IMG/VR virus record: IMGVR_UViG_3300037297_000066
Span: 248,001-312,000 of that record
Length of the DNA: 64,000 bases
Strand: one strand, 5' to 3'
Shown: in pieces, positions 30,623 to 38,669 of the stretch
Numbering within the stretch: the stretch's first letter is position 1
Layout of the letters: every line of letters starts with the position of its first letter
Translations under genes and position numbers: made by a program
The notes under the pieces: generated by a model
Told to the model about the DNA's origin: nothing
Database searches by the model: none
Seen by the model: the letters and a program-made list of their open reading frames with translations, nothing else

Positions 30623-30696
30623 ACCGGGTTAGCCCAGTGGTAAGGCAGCAGGCTCTGATCCTGTGTACGAGGGTTCGACTCCTTCACCCGGTGCCA
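30623..30696 (+). tRNA. tRNA-Gln(CTG)
   Basis: CT-CTG-AT, GCCA. Confidence 0.88.
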
Positions 30697-30893
30697 GATA
30701 GTAGGGACTAGTTCCCTTCGATCCTTGACAACTTGACAGGACTTTGGATGTCCGCCTCGCCACCTCCTAAGGGTGGAAACGTGGACTCTCAGATCCCCCC
30801 GGTATGGAACCGGAAACGGCTGAGGTTCGCAGCGGTGGTTATCCTCTCCTGAAATTGCCCGTGGGGTTCGTCGGAAACGGTGACCCCACATTT

Positions 30894-30965
30894 GCCCCTG
30901 TAAGCATCTGGTGAGGCTACTAGCTTGTCACGCTAGCGAGGAGAGTTCGATTCTCTTCAGGGGCG
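30894..30965 (+). tRNA. tRNA-Asp(GTC)
   Basis: CTAGC-TT-GTC-AC-GCTAG. Confidence 0.85.
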
Positions 30966-30967
30966 CC

Positions 30968-31133
30968 GACTGACATCCCGCCGAGATGAGCCTACAAGCA
31001 ATCTGCTGGTTCGAATCCAGCCTCCGGCACCGGGGCTTAGCCCTATCCCTGCCGGAGTGGCCAAATTGGAAAAGGCAACAGTCTGAAGAAACTGTGTACA
31101 ACGCAATCCCGCTCTCACACTCGGATGTCAGTC
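30968..31133 (+). ncRNA. circularly permuted tRNA-like RNA with conserved terminal helix (Y-RNA-like), copy 1
   Basis: 11-bp terminal stem GACTGACATCC/GGATGTCAGTC; T-arm precedes acceptor hairpin, D-arm and anticodon-like arm. Confidence 0.8.
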
Positions 31134-31136
31134 TAT

Positions 31137-31209
31137 CCCAAAGTAGGCAAACTGGTACGCCGGACCGCTGTTAACGGTTTGATTGAGGGTTCGAATCCTT
31201 CCTTTGGGG
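31137..31209 (+). tRNA. tRNA-Asn(GTT)
   Basis: CT-GTT-AA. Confidence 0.85.
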
Positions 31210-31213
31210 CTAT

Positions 31214-31295
31214 GCTCAGGTGGCGGAATGGCAGACGCAGTCGGTTGAGGGCCGGCCGTCCTAGTGACGTGGGAGTTCGAGTCTCCCCCTGAGCA
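31214..31295 (+). tRNA. tRNA-Leu(GAG)
   Basis: TT-GAG-GG, long variable arm. Confidence 0.88.
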
Positions 31296-31301
31296 CCCTA
31301 T

Positions 31302-31377
31302 GGTGGCTGTACTCGTCTGGTGACGAGGGCTGACTGTGAATCAGCGGAGGCGGGTTCGATTCCCGTCAGTCACCCCA
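31302..31377 (+). tRNA. tRNA-His(GTG)
   Basis: CT-GTG-AA, G-1:C73, CCA. Confidence 0.85.
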
Positions 31378-31378
31378 A

Positions 31379-31462
31379 GCCTAAGTGGCGGAATGGCAGA
31401 CGCCCCGGTCTCAAAAACCGGTGTCCCTAGTGGGCGTGAGAGTTCGAGTCTCTCCTTAGGCA
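31379..31462 (+). tRNA. tRNA-Leu(CAA)
   Basis: CT-CAA-AA, long variable arm. Confidence 0.9.
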
Positions 31463-31566
31463 CTGACCCAGCGCAATTTCCTCCAACAGGTTGGCGTAGA
31501 CGTGGTTCGAGTCCACGAGGATACCGTTGGGTACGGCTTGTCGAGGGGCCCCTTGGCAAGTCTATT

Positions 31567-31651
31567 GCTACAGTGGCGGAATGGCAGACGCGCCAGCCTC
31601 AGAAGCTGGTATCCTTGAATGGGTGTGGGAGTTCGAGTCTCCCCTGTAGCA
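31567..31651 (+). tRNA. tRNA-Leu(CAG)
   Basis: CT-CAG-AA, long variable arm. Confidence 0.9.
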
Positions 31652-31658
31652 CTAGTTT

Positions 31659-31732
31659 GGGATCGTAGCTCAATTTGGGAGAGCACTGGCCTTGCAAGCC
31701 GGGGGTTAGGGGTTCGAGTCCCCTCGGTTCCA
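31659..31732 (+). tRNA. tRNA-Ala(TGC)
   Basis: CT-TGC-AA. Confidence 0.88.
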
Positions 31733-31740
31733 CTACGTTC

Positions 31741-31814
31741 GGGTCTAAGGCTGAGGTAGCCGGCTGGTTTCCAAGTCCAGTGACGATGGGGTTCGATTCC
31801 TCATAGACCCGCCA
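31741..31814 (+). tRNA. tRNA-Trp(CCA)
   Basis: loop TT-CCA-AG, G73, CCA. Confidence 0.7.
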
Positions 31815-31973
31815 GACGACATCCCGCCGGGATGAGCATACAAGCAAACGTTGGTTCGAATCCAACCTTCCCCACCAGGGCCTAGCCCAACCAATGGGGA
31901 AGTAGCCTAGTGGATAGGCAGCGGAAAGTAACTCCGTCGCAAGACTGAACCGCTCTCACACTCGGATGTCGTC
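31815..31973 (+). ncRNA. circularly permuted tRNA-like RNA (Y-RNA-like), copy 2
   Basis: 10-bp terminal stem GACGACATCC/GGATGTCGTC; acceptor CTTCCCC-ACCA...GGGGAAG. Confidence 0.8.
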
Positions 31974-31983
31974 AAACTTTCAT

Positions 31984-32057
31984 TGCGAGGATAGAGAAAG
32001 GGTGTCTCACGAGCTTCATGGGCTCGGGAACATCGGGTTCAACTCCCGACCTCGCTA
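31984..32057 (+). tRNA. tRNA-Met(CAT), 1:72 mismatch
   Basis: CGAGC-TT-CAT-GG-GCTCG. Confidence 0.7.
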
Positions 32058-32058
32058 C

Positions 32059-32133
32059 GGGACCGTAGTACAAGGGTAAGTGCGCACGCCTGATAAGCGT
32101 GAAACGAAGGTTCAACTCCTTCCGGTCCTACCA
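32059..32133 (+). tRNA. tRNA-Ile(GAT)
   Basis: CT-GAT-AA, ACCA. Confidence 0.88.
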
Positions 32134-32297
32134 ATCGAGCGTCCCGCCGAGATGAGCATACAAGCAATATGTTGGTTCGAATCCAACCTCCCCCCCTAGG
32201 GCCTAGCCCAACCAAACGGGGGAGTAGCCTAACGGTAAGGCAGCGGACTCTTAATCCGTGCGAAAGCATACCCCGCTCCCTCACTCGGACGCTCGAT
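32134..32297 (+). ncRNA. circularly permuted tRNA-like RNA (Y-RNA-like), copy 3; Lys(CTT)-type anticodon arm
   Basis: 11-bp terminal stem ATCGAGCGTCC/GGACGCTCGAT; GCGGA-CT-CTT-AA-TCCGT. Confidence 0.8.
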
Positions 32298-32301
32298 TTT
32301 T

Positions 32302-32378
32302 CAGGGTGTAGCTCAACCTGGTAGAGCACTGGTCTGGGGGACCAGGGGTTGTCGGTTCAAGTCCGGCCATCCTGACCA
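32302..32378 (+). tRNA. tRNA-Pro(GGG)
   Basis: CT-GGG-GG, ACCA. Confidence 0.9.
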
Positions 32379-32546
32379 AAGATGCGGGCTAGCATGCATC
32401 TTAGAACTGAGCAGTCCCAGTTAGGAGCCTGGAAGCAAGTGTGCCTCGGTCTGGTGACGCACCTGTCTCGTCGGTGGGTGTAACGGTTTGATTCCGTGGT
32501 AGAGGGGCGGCTACTTAGGTGTGCGCAACACGGCTCGGTTCGACTT

Positions 32547-32623
32547 CAGGGCGTAGCTCAACCTGGTAGAGCGCACGGTTCGGGACCGTGAGGTTGGAGG
32601 TTCAAGTCCTCTTGCCCTGACCA
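32547..32623 (+). tRNA. tRNA-Pro(CGG)
   Basis: TT-CGG-GA, ACCA. Confidence 0.9.
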
Positions 32624-32750
32624 CATCAACTGTCGGAATGGTTGTCTAGGGACGCCTAGCCGAAGGGTTCGACACCTTCCTGGGAGCGGCGGTAGGAGGT
32701 TGGTTCGATTCCAACCCCGGCAGTGTTCTCGACCAGGCGAGGATGTGGAT

Positions 32751-32826
32751 GCTTCAGAAGCTAACCTGGTGGAAGCGCCTGCCTGAAGAGCAGGAGGTGT
32801 TGGTTCGATTCCAACCTGAAGCACCA
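32751..32826 (+). tRNA. tRNA-Phe(GAA)
   Basis: CCTGC-CT-GAA-GA-GCAGG, ACCA. Confidence 0.8.
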
Positions 32827-32827
32827 T

Positions 32828-32899
32828 CGCAGCGTACCAAGGTGGTACCGGTCTTTCATACGGACTTGGGCTGAGGTTCGATTCCTCTCGCTGCGACCA
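32828..32899 (+). tRNA. tRNA-Met/Ile2(CAT), short D-arm
   Basis: TT-CAT-AC, ACCA. Confidence 0.65.
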
Positions 32900-32900
32900 T

Positions 32901-32973
32901 GCGAGACTTGCTACCGGGTGGTGGCACCTGCCTTACAAGCAGGAGAAGCAGGGTTCGAGTCCCTGGTCTCGTA
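32901..32973 (+). tRNA. tRNA-Val(TAC)
   Basis: CCTGC-CT-TAC-AA-GCAGG. Confidence 0.75.
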
Positions 32974-32975
32974 CC

Positions 32976-33065
32976 GGGCCGGCAATGCGGACTTCAAGGT
33001 TCGCCACGACTCACAGTGCCCTTATGGGCCCGGGTCGTGTCGTCTAAGTTGGAAGACACCGGCCC
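32976..33065 (+). ncRNA. tRNA-like RNA permuted at the anticodon loop (YrlA-type architecture)
   Basis: outer GGGCCGG/CCGGCCC; order T-like arm, closed acceptor stem, D-arm GTCT-AAGTTGGA-AGAC. Confidence 0.6.
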
Positions 33066-33073
33066 TAACTCAT

Positions 33074-33145
33074 TCCAGGGTAGCTCAGTGGTAGAGCGGT
33101 CGGCTGTTAACCGATTGGCCGGGGGTTCGAATCCCTCTCCTGGAG
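33074..33145 (+). tRNA. tRNA-Asn(GTT)
   Basis: CT-GTT-AA. Confidence 0.9.
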
Positions 33146-33244
33146 CCGGAGCTTGCCTCTCTAATAAACTAGCAGCCTGGGAGAGCGTACTGGGTTCGAA
33201 GTCCGGGCAACAGTCTTTGTTGTAAGCTGCAGCAAGTTCCATTT

Positions 33245-33320
33245 GCGGGTGTAACTCAATTGGTAGAGTGTCAGCCTTCCAAGCTGAACGTTGAGAGTTC
33301 GAGTCTCTTCACCCGCTCCA
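33245..33320 (+). tRNA. tRNA-Gly(TCC)
   Basis: CT-TCC-AA, TCCA. Confidence 0.92.
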
Positions 33321-33418
33321 CCCCGTCAAGCCCGAAAGGGAGACGGGCGTGGGGGTCCTCCTAGATGCGGCATTGTCCGTGTGTTGCCTAGGCGACATCC
33401 TAGGAGTCTCCCCTGTTT

Positions 33419-33493
<75 letters not shown>

Positions 33494-33495
33494 GT

Positions 33496-33569
33496 GTCAC
33501 CGTAGCTCAATCTGGTAGAGCAGAGCTTTCGTAAAGCTAAGGTTGGAGGTTCAATTCCTCTCGGTGGCT
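33496..33569 (+). tRNA. tRNA-Thr(CGT)
   Basis: TT-CGT-AA. Confidence 0.85.
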
Positions 33570-33576
33570 CCCGTAT

Positions 33577-33653
33577 GTCCCCATCTGCTAGTTGGCCTAG
33601 GCACCCGGACTCTCACTCCGGAAACACGAGTTCGAATCTCGTTGGGGACACCA
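33577..33653 (+). tRNA. tRNA-Glu(CTC)
   Basis: CT-CTC-AC, ACCA. Confidence 0.88.
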
Positions 33654-33713
33654 ACTTTCCTAAACCCCTCTGCTTTACCCTCGGGGAAAGTCCTCGGGTT
33701 TAGGCACAACCAA

Positions 33714-33786
33714 GGCCCCATCTTCTAATGGTTAGGAACCTCGGCTTTCACCCGAGAAATGGCGGGTTCAACTCCCCCTGGGGTCG
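33714..33786 (+). tRNA. tRNA-Glu(TTC)
   Basis: CT-TTC-AC. Confidence 0.85.
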
Positions 33787-33816
33787 CTATTGCTATTATA
33801 GGTCTCTTTAGAGGAG

Positions 33817-34104
33817 ATGACCATGTCTGACCAAGAATCGAGAATTGCTCGCAATGTTGCTCTTCGTTACCTACGAGCTAGGAGGAAGAGCTCCTACCCG
33901 GAGTTCTTGAAATTCTTGGGAGAAGTCTTTTCGAAGCTTCACGGGAAGGACAGTTACTCGGCTAGCGAGCTTCGGACTCAGGCTCAGAAGCATCCTGACT
34001 TTGGTACGTATGAGAAGGACTACCAAGCCTATCTAGAGAAGGCTTGGCACGATCCTGCTTCGAAGTTGGTTCGAGACGGATACAAGTACGTCTGGAAGTC
34101 CTGA
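33817..34104 (+). CDS. hypothetical protein with NVALRY motif
   Basis: 95-aa ORF, AGGAG RBS. Confidence 0.7.
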   Translation: MTMSDQESRIARNVALRYLRARRKSSYPEFLKFLGEVFSKLHGKDSYSASELRTQAQKHPDFGTYEKDYQAYLEKAWHDPASKLVRDGYKYVWKS

Positions 34105-34150
34105 GGGGACAAGTTTTTGCTCGTCTTCGTGACGAGTGGGGGGTCGCTAC

Positions 34151-34223
34151 GCTTCGGTAGCTCAGTCGGTAGAGCAGTAGACTGAAAATCTATGTGTCGA
34201 TGGTTCAATTCCGTCCCGAAGCA
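34151..34223 (+). tRNA. tRNA-Phe(GAA)
   Basis: CT-GAA-AA. Confidence 0.9.
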
Positions 34224-34733
34224 CTACCGTAGTTTGGCCAGTTCCTTCTCTCGAACAGACTTCTCGTTGGGGTTTTGGTAGGCGACGGCATTGGCCACAT
34301 CGATGATCCCCACGTTGACAAGAGCAGCTGCTCCAATCGTCTGGTTCCCCTGGTTGACCTTCACGTGGCTATTGGACTCGTTTGCGGCTGAAAGGTGCTG
34401 AGCCTCGTTGGACTTCCAGTCCTTCAGGTAAAGATCCAACATCTGTAGAGCAGGTTTGGAGGCTCCTGTGAGAGGAAGATTGGATCGCAGGATACGTTCT
34501 GCGACCTTGGCCCCGGCCTGTCCGATCTTGAGAGCCTTGTCGTAGGCCCGGTCGAGCTTGACCCGGTCTCTGTCGTCGAACATGGCTCCTCGACTCTCCA
34601 CGTAAGTGAAGACTTTCGCTAGTTTGCCCAGGTCATCGTTTCTTTTTTGAGCGGGGGCTATGGCAGCTACGAGTTGACCTTGGGGGCCTCTCTTGGCGGC
34701 GTACCTTGCAGCGATTCGTTCTTCGAGGGTCAT
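34224..34733 (-). CDS. hypothetical protein with RIAARY motif
   Basis: 169-aa ORF antisense to the tRNA array. Confidence 0.7.
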   Translation of the reverse strand: MTLEERIAARYAAKRGPQGQLVAAIAPAQKRNDDLGKLAKVFTYVESRGAMFDDRDRVKLDRAYDKALKIGQAGAKVAERILRSNLPLTGASKPALQMLDLYLKDWKSNEAQHLSAANESNSHVKVNQGNQTIGAAALVNVGIIDVANAVAYQNPNEKSVREKELAKLR

Positions 34734-34784
34734 AATTCAGTTCCAGTAGAGGGCCTCAGTGGAGCTGGTTGACAAATTCTTTTT

Positions 34785-34860
34785 CAGGGCGTGGTGCAAT
34801 CTGGTAGCACGCCGGCTTTGGGTGCCGGTGGTTGGAGGTTCAAATCCTCTCGCCCTGACC
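34785..34860 (+). tRNA. tRNA-Pro(TGG)
   Basis: TT-TGG-GT. Confidence 0.9.
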
Positions 34861-35042
34861 CGGTGGCATGGAGCCTCTGACCGAAAGGTCACGATGATCG
34901 GGAGATCGTGAATGGCGCAGGATCACTGCCCTTTTTCTAGAGTAGGGTAAGCCCTGACAGTCGTTCCGTGGACGTCGGTTACTGGGTTCGAGTCCCAGCA
35001 CTGTTCCAATTTCTACGCCAGTCATTCCGGCTGGTGTATTTA

Positions 35043-35091
35043 CCCCAGCAGACACACTTGGACGGTATGCCGTCCCGCCGTGTCGGGAGAG
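35043..35091 (+). promoter_or_regulatory. copy of the conserved RNA helix overlapping the RBS of the TROVE-like gene (putative autoregulatory operator)
   Basis: GACAC-ACTT-GGACGG-TATG-CCGTCC-CGCC-GTGTC directly before GGGAGAG-ATG. Confidence 0.6.
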
Positions 35092-37011
35092 ATGAAAATG
35101 GTAGACCAGGTACAGCGTGAGAACCTGGGTCCGGCAGAGCGTATCATCAACGTCCTGTTGACCTACGAGGACCACATGGTCCACAACCGGGTTGGGATCG
35201 TAGAGCCCGATCCAGACAGCCAGATCGGCCTTCGCTGGACCCAGGCAACTTGGGTCGAGAAGGACGGCAAGAAGGTTGTCTACAAGCTCCTCCCTGGGGC
35301 CCGGGGACGAAACGGAAAGACCACTCGGCGCAAGGTCGAAGTGGGCACTCTCTGGAACGACGGCACGGTTCGCAGTGCCGATCGTCGGAAGATCGGGGAG
35401 CTCCGTCAGCCTGGCCTCTTTCCCGAAGTGGCAGTCTGGATGTACCGACAGGTGGCTGAGATCTACAAGCTCGACAACGAGTTCTGTGCTCGTTGGGCCA
35501 GCTACGCTTACTCCCAGACCCACCGAGATCTGAAGGTGGTACTGGCGGCCTTCCTCCTGGTTCAGGCTCGCAAGGGTGACCCTGTGATGGACCAGGGCAA
35601 GGTAGCCTTCTTCGACGACGACTTCCGTGACGTGGGTGAGGCAATGTGCCTTCACTACGGTGGGAAGTCCGACAAGTCTGCTCTCGATGCGAAGCTTCTG
35701 CTCCGCATTCGGAAGATTCTGGAGGTCCCTGAGATCGCCCAGATCAACCGAGATCTTGGGTTCGGGAAGTCGGCTCGGAGGGCTTACCTGGGTCGTTGGC
35801 CCAGGGTCGTTCAGAAGTGGCTGAGATACCGGGAAGACAACCCGGTTCTGCTGCGGGGCTTGGTCAACAAGGGTGCTTTCCGAGCAACCGTACAGGACTT
35901 GGCTCAGCAGTCTCGGTACAGTCCGTCGAGCCCCCTCTTCTACCAGATCCTTCGGTGGCCTCAGAAGCAGGCTGACGGGGGACACCGGAAGATGGCTCTC
36001 GACCAGAAGGTGACCAAGCAGGAATCCTGGGCGGGTAAGACCGAACAGGAGATCTGCGAGATCATCACCAGTCAGAGGACTGGTTGGAAGCGTGTCACGA
36101 CTCTGGTTCCGTCAGAGATTGGGGTTACCCGAGCCATCATGGCAGCAGCTGTGGAGGCAGGGTCCCTCTCGGACAAGGACCTGATCAACCACACGCCACT
36201 TTTGGAAGAACTGGGCCTCTTGCAGGACCAGGACGTTCGGGGGCGTTGGGAGGCTGCGCTTCAGGCTGCCGAGGACCGTCGAGCTGCTAACGTGGCTCGT
36301 AACGTCAAGAGCCAGCAGACTCGTGAGCAACTCGAAGGGGCTGCTGACCAGTCTGTCCTGAAGGCTGTCGAAGAGGTGGCTACAGGGATTCGGGTCTTCT
36401 TCTGTGTGGACCGATCTTCCTCGATGGGTATCGCTATCGAGGCAGCCAAGGAGCACATCGAGAAGTTCTTGCCTGGGTTCCCGCCCGATCAGCTCTTCAT
36501 CTGTGCCTTCAACTCGTCTGCTCGGAAGGTGACTCTCAAGCAGCACTCGTCGGTTGGAGTTCGGGAAGCTTTCCGGGGCATGGTCGGCTCTGGAGGCACG
36601 GACTACGGTGCGGCTGTACGCTTCTTCTCGAAGCCCGAGTACATGCCAGCCGAGGAGGAGGTTTCGCTCTTCTTCTTCATCGGAGACGAAGCAGCGGACA
36701 CTCGTTCCTTGGTTCAGGCCGTTCGGAACTCGGATCTCAACATCGTGGCCTTCGCTCTGGTGAAGGTCGTGTCTCCCGGTTGGGACCCTGGACTCTGTGT
36801 TCAGGAAGCTGCAGCCCAGTTGGGTATCCCTGTGATCCCGATCGACGAGAAGGTGTTCTCGGACGTCTATGCGACCCCGAGGATCCTTCGTGACCTGATC
36901 GCAAATACGCCGGTAGCTCAGACCCCTGGTCACAGGGAGGTTCGGCGGGTGACCCTTCTGGACACCATTCTGGACACTGAGCTGCTCAAGAAGCCCCTGT
37001 GGGCTGCATGA
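35092..37011 (+). CDS. TROVE/Ro60-like RNA-binding protein with C-terminal vWA domain
   Basis: helical N-terminal region with TROVE-like pattern (LDAKLLLRI..YLGRWPRVVQKWL..FRATVQDLAQQSRYSP); MIDAS FCVDRSSSMG, GGTDYG and FIGDE. vWA is secure; TROVE is inferred. Confidence 0.7.
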   Translation: MKMVDQVQRENLGPAERIINVLLTYEDHMVHNRVGIVEPDPDSQIGLRWTQATWVEKDGKKVVYKLLPGARGRNGKTTRRKVEVGTLWNDGTVRSADRRKIGELRQPGLFPEVAVWMYRQVAEIYKLDNEFCARWASYAYSQTHRDLKVVLAAFLLVQARKGDPVMDQGKVAFFDDDFRDVGEAMCLHYGGKSDKSALDAKLLLRIRKILEVPEIAQINRDLGFGKSARRAYLGRWPRVVQKWLRYREDNPVLLRGLVNKGAFRATVQDLAQQSRYSPSSPLFYQILRWPQKQADGGHRKMALDQKVTKQESWAGKTEQEICEIITSQRTGWKRVTTLVPSEIGVTRAIMAAAVEAGSLSDKDLINHTPLLEELGLLQDQDVRGRWEAALQAAEDRRAANVARNVKSQQTREQLEGAADQSVLKAVEEVATGIRVFFCVDRSSSMGIAIEAAKEHIEKFLPGFPPDQLFICAFNSSARKVTLKQHSSVGVREAFRGMVGSGGTDYGAAVRFFSKPEYMPAEEEVSLFFFIGDEAADTRSLVQAVRNSDLNIVAFALVKVVSPGWDPGLCVQEAAAQLGIPVIPIDEKVFSDVYATPRILRDLIANTPVAQTPGHREVRRVTLLDTILDTELLKKPLWAA

Positions 37012-37019
37012 GGTGAAAC

Positions 37020-37958
37020 ATGGGTTGGAGAGATCTGCTTCAGACCGAGGATGAGACGTTCGTCTCCCCCTGGGTGGGAGGAAGGTCTCTCCGATCCTTC
37101 GATCGCTTCTGGCGTATCGAGGGAAAACTCCCTCAAGAGCATGGTTGGCATAGGTTCCGTCTGGCGGGCCGGAAGGCTTGTTGGACGGGGCCTGCTGATC
37201 AGTCTGGGGAGCTCAGGGATCGTCTGAGAGGCTACCTGGTAGCTGACCGACTCGTGCCAGATGAGGCTCGGGTCGAGACAGATCCAATCAAGCTGGCTCA
37301 GGGATTCGAGAGAGTTCACCTGATCGAGCCTGGTTTGGATCGGTTCGTTCGGGTAGTCGCTGGCCGGTCCTTCGAGGACGGCCCTCTCATCTACGACAGC
37401 CAGGAGTTCCCTCTTGGTCCCGAGGATGAGGTTCTTCAGGCATACTTCGACGAAGCCAAGTCTGTGGACCATGTCTCGGGGGTCGCCCCTGCTTTGGAGG
37501 CTGCGTTTCGTTTCGAATCGTGGCATCGGGAGGAGATCCGGCGGCGTCGAGAAGAGGAACGAAAGCGTCGGGAGGAAGAGGATCGGCAGCGTCAGTTGGA
37601 GGCTCGGAGACAGGAAATCATCGAGACTTTGGGGGATGCTGCTGGACGTCGGGAACTGGCTCGTTACGACTTTGCTGAGGCAGCCAGAGCTGCTTTGGCG
37701 GTAGGAGGAGCTCAGTACCTAGACTCTCGTCCCTCCTACAACAAGGGCGAGATGGTTGTTCGGTACCGGATGAACGGCCGGGGGTTGGAGTGCACTTGTG
37801 ACGCTCAGACCCTGAGGATCATCGATTCCGGCTGCTGTCTGACCAACCACGCCACTGGGGAGCAGACCGACACGAGGTTCACCCTGGAGTCACTTCCGGG
37901 GGTCATACAAGAAGCTGACCGTCGGCACATCTTGGTGGTGTATCGTCACGTAGACTGA
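37020..37958 (+). CDS. conserved hypothetical protein; C-terminal E2-like (UBC-fold) candidate
   Basis: coiled coil followed by IIDSGCCLT..FTLESLPGVIQEA, resembling the E2 GxICL..TLxxL pattern; operon context. Confidence 0.45.
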   Translation: MGWRDLLQTEDETFVSPWVGGRSLRSFDRFWRIEGKLPQEHGWHRFRLAGRKACWTGPADQSGELRDRLRGYLVADRLVPDEARVETDPIKLAQGFERVHLIEPGLDRFVRVVAGRSFEDGPLIYDSQEFPLGPEDEVLQAYFDEAKSVDHVSGVAPALEAAFRFESWHREEIRRRREEERKRREEEDRQRQLEARRQEIIETLGDAAGRRELARYDFAEAARAALAVGGAQYLDSRPSYNKGEMVVRYRMNGRGLECTCDAQTLRIIDSGCCLTNHATGEQTDTRFTLESLPGVIQEADRRHILVVYRHVD

Positions 37959-37966
37959 GAGGTACC

Positions 37967-38338
37967 ATGCAGGAATCAGGCGTTGTTTTGGATCTGAAGG
38001 AGCAGCCGATCTATTGGCACACCCCAGCGGATCGGACAACGGGGGCTATTCCTGACAGCCACACTCTGTGGGAGGTCCTCTGGGAGAATCGTGAAAACCT
38101 GTCTGGGTTTGCCCACAGTCATCCTGGCCGTGGGCTTCCCGGGCCATCCTACACGGATGTCACGACATTCTCCTCCATTGAGCGAGCTCTCGGAAAGAAG
38201 CTCAATTGGTGGATCACCAGCGAGGATCGGGTCGCCTTGGTCAGGTGGTTTGGTCCTGGGAAACACGACTACAAGGCACTTGCCGTAGAAGATGAACTGG
38301 TCTGGGTACCCAGACTGAGAGAACTTTCCTACCCTTAG
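37967..38338 (+). CDS. JAB/MPN metallo-isopeptidase
   Basis: N-terminal E and GFAHSHP..GPSYTDV (HxH-x7-S-x2-D). Confidence 0.85.
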   Translation: MQESGVVLDLKEQPIYWHTPADRTTGAIPDSHTLWEVLWENRENLSGFAHSHPGRGLPGPSYTDVTTFSSIERALGKKLNWWITSEDRVALVRWFGPGKHDYKALAVEDELVWVPRLRELSYP

Positions 38339-38366
38339 GGGTAGACACGAAGGAAGGTCAAATCAG

Positions 38367-38627
38367 ATGGCAATCGAAGAGCATGAAGCACGTGTGAACA
38401 TCACCTGGGCTCAGCAGAACGGCGATCTGCCGGACCCAGTGGCATTCGACGCAACGGATGCCAACATCCTGACCTGGGCCACCGAAGCCGTCCGTGGTGG
38501 AGATGTCCCTGGAATCGAAGCTGACCAGAACGCCGACTTCGACGGGTACGTTGTGGAGCGATTCGCCTCCAAGGAGGAAGTCCCCTACAACCGGCTCGTG
38601 GTTCGGCCGAAGGCAGAGTTTGGTTGA
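38367..38627 (+). CDS. ubiquitin-like (beta-grasp) protein candidate
   Basis: 86 aa, strand-strand-helix-strand pattern, ends LVVRPKAEFG; lies between JAB and ThiF. Confidence 0.65.
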   Translation: MAIEEHEARVNITWAQQNGDLPDPVAFDATDANILTWATEAVRGGDVPGIEADQNADFDGYVVERFASKEEVPYNRLVVRPKAEFG

Positions 38628-38669
38628 TAACCAGGTGGGTGGCCTTCGGGCCATCCGCTGTCACCCAAG

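Noticed and set aside
32994-33000. tRNA-Sec from GGACTTCAA
   Set aside because: Flanking stems do not form a SelC cloverleaf; the hairpin fits better as the T-like arm of a permuted element
34840-37526. Long antisense ORFs 34840-35985, 36112-36933 and 36930-37526 (also 14335-15192, 17954-18670, 42700-43338)
   Set aside because: Shadow frames opposite well-supported genes, typical of GC-rich codon bias
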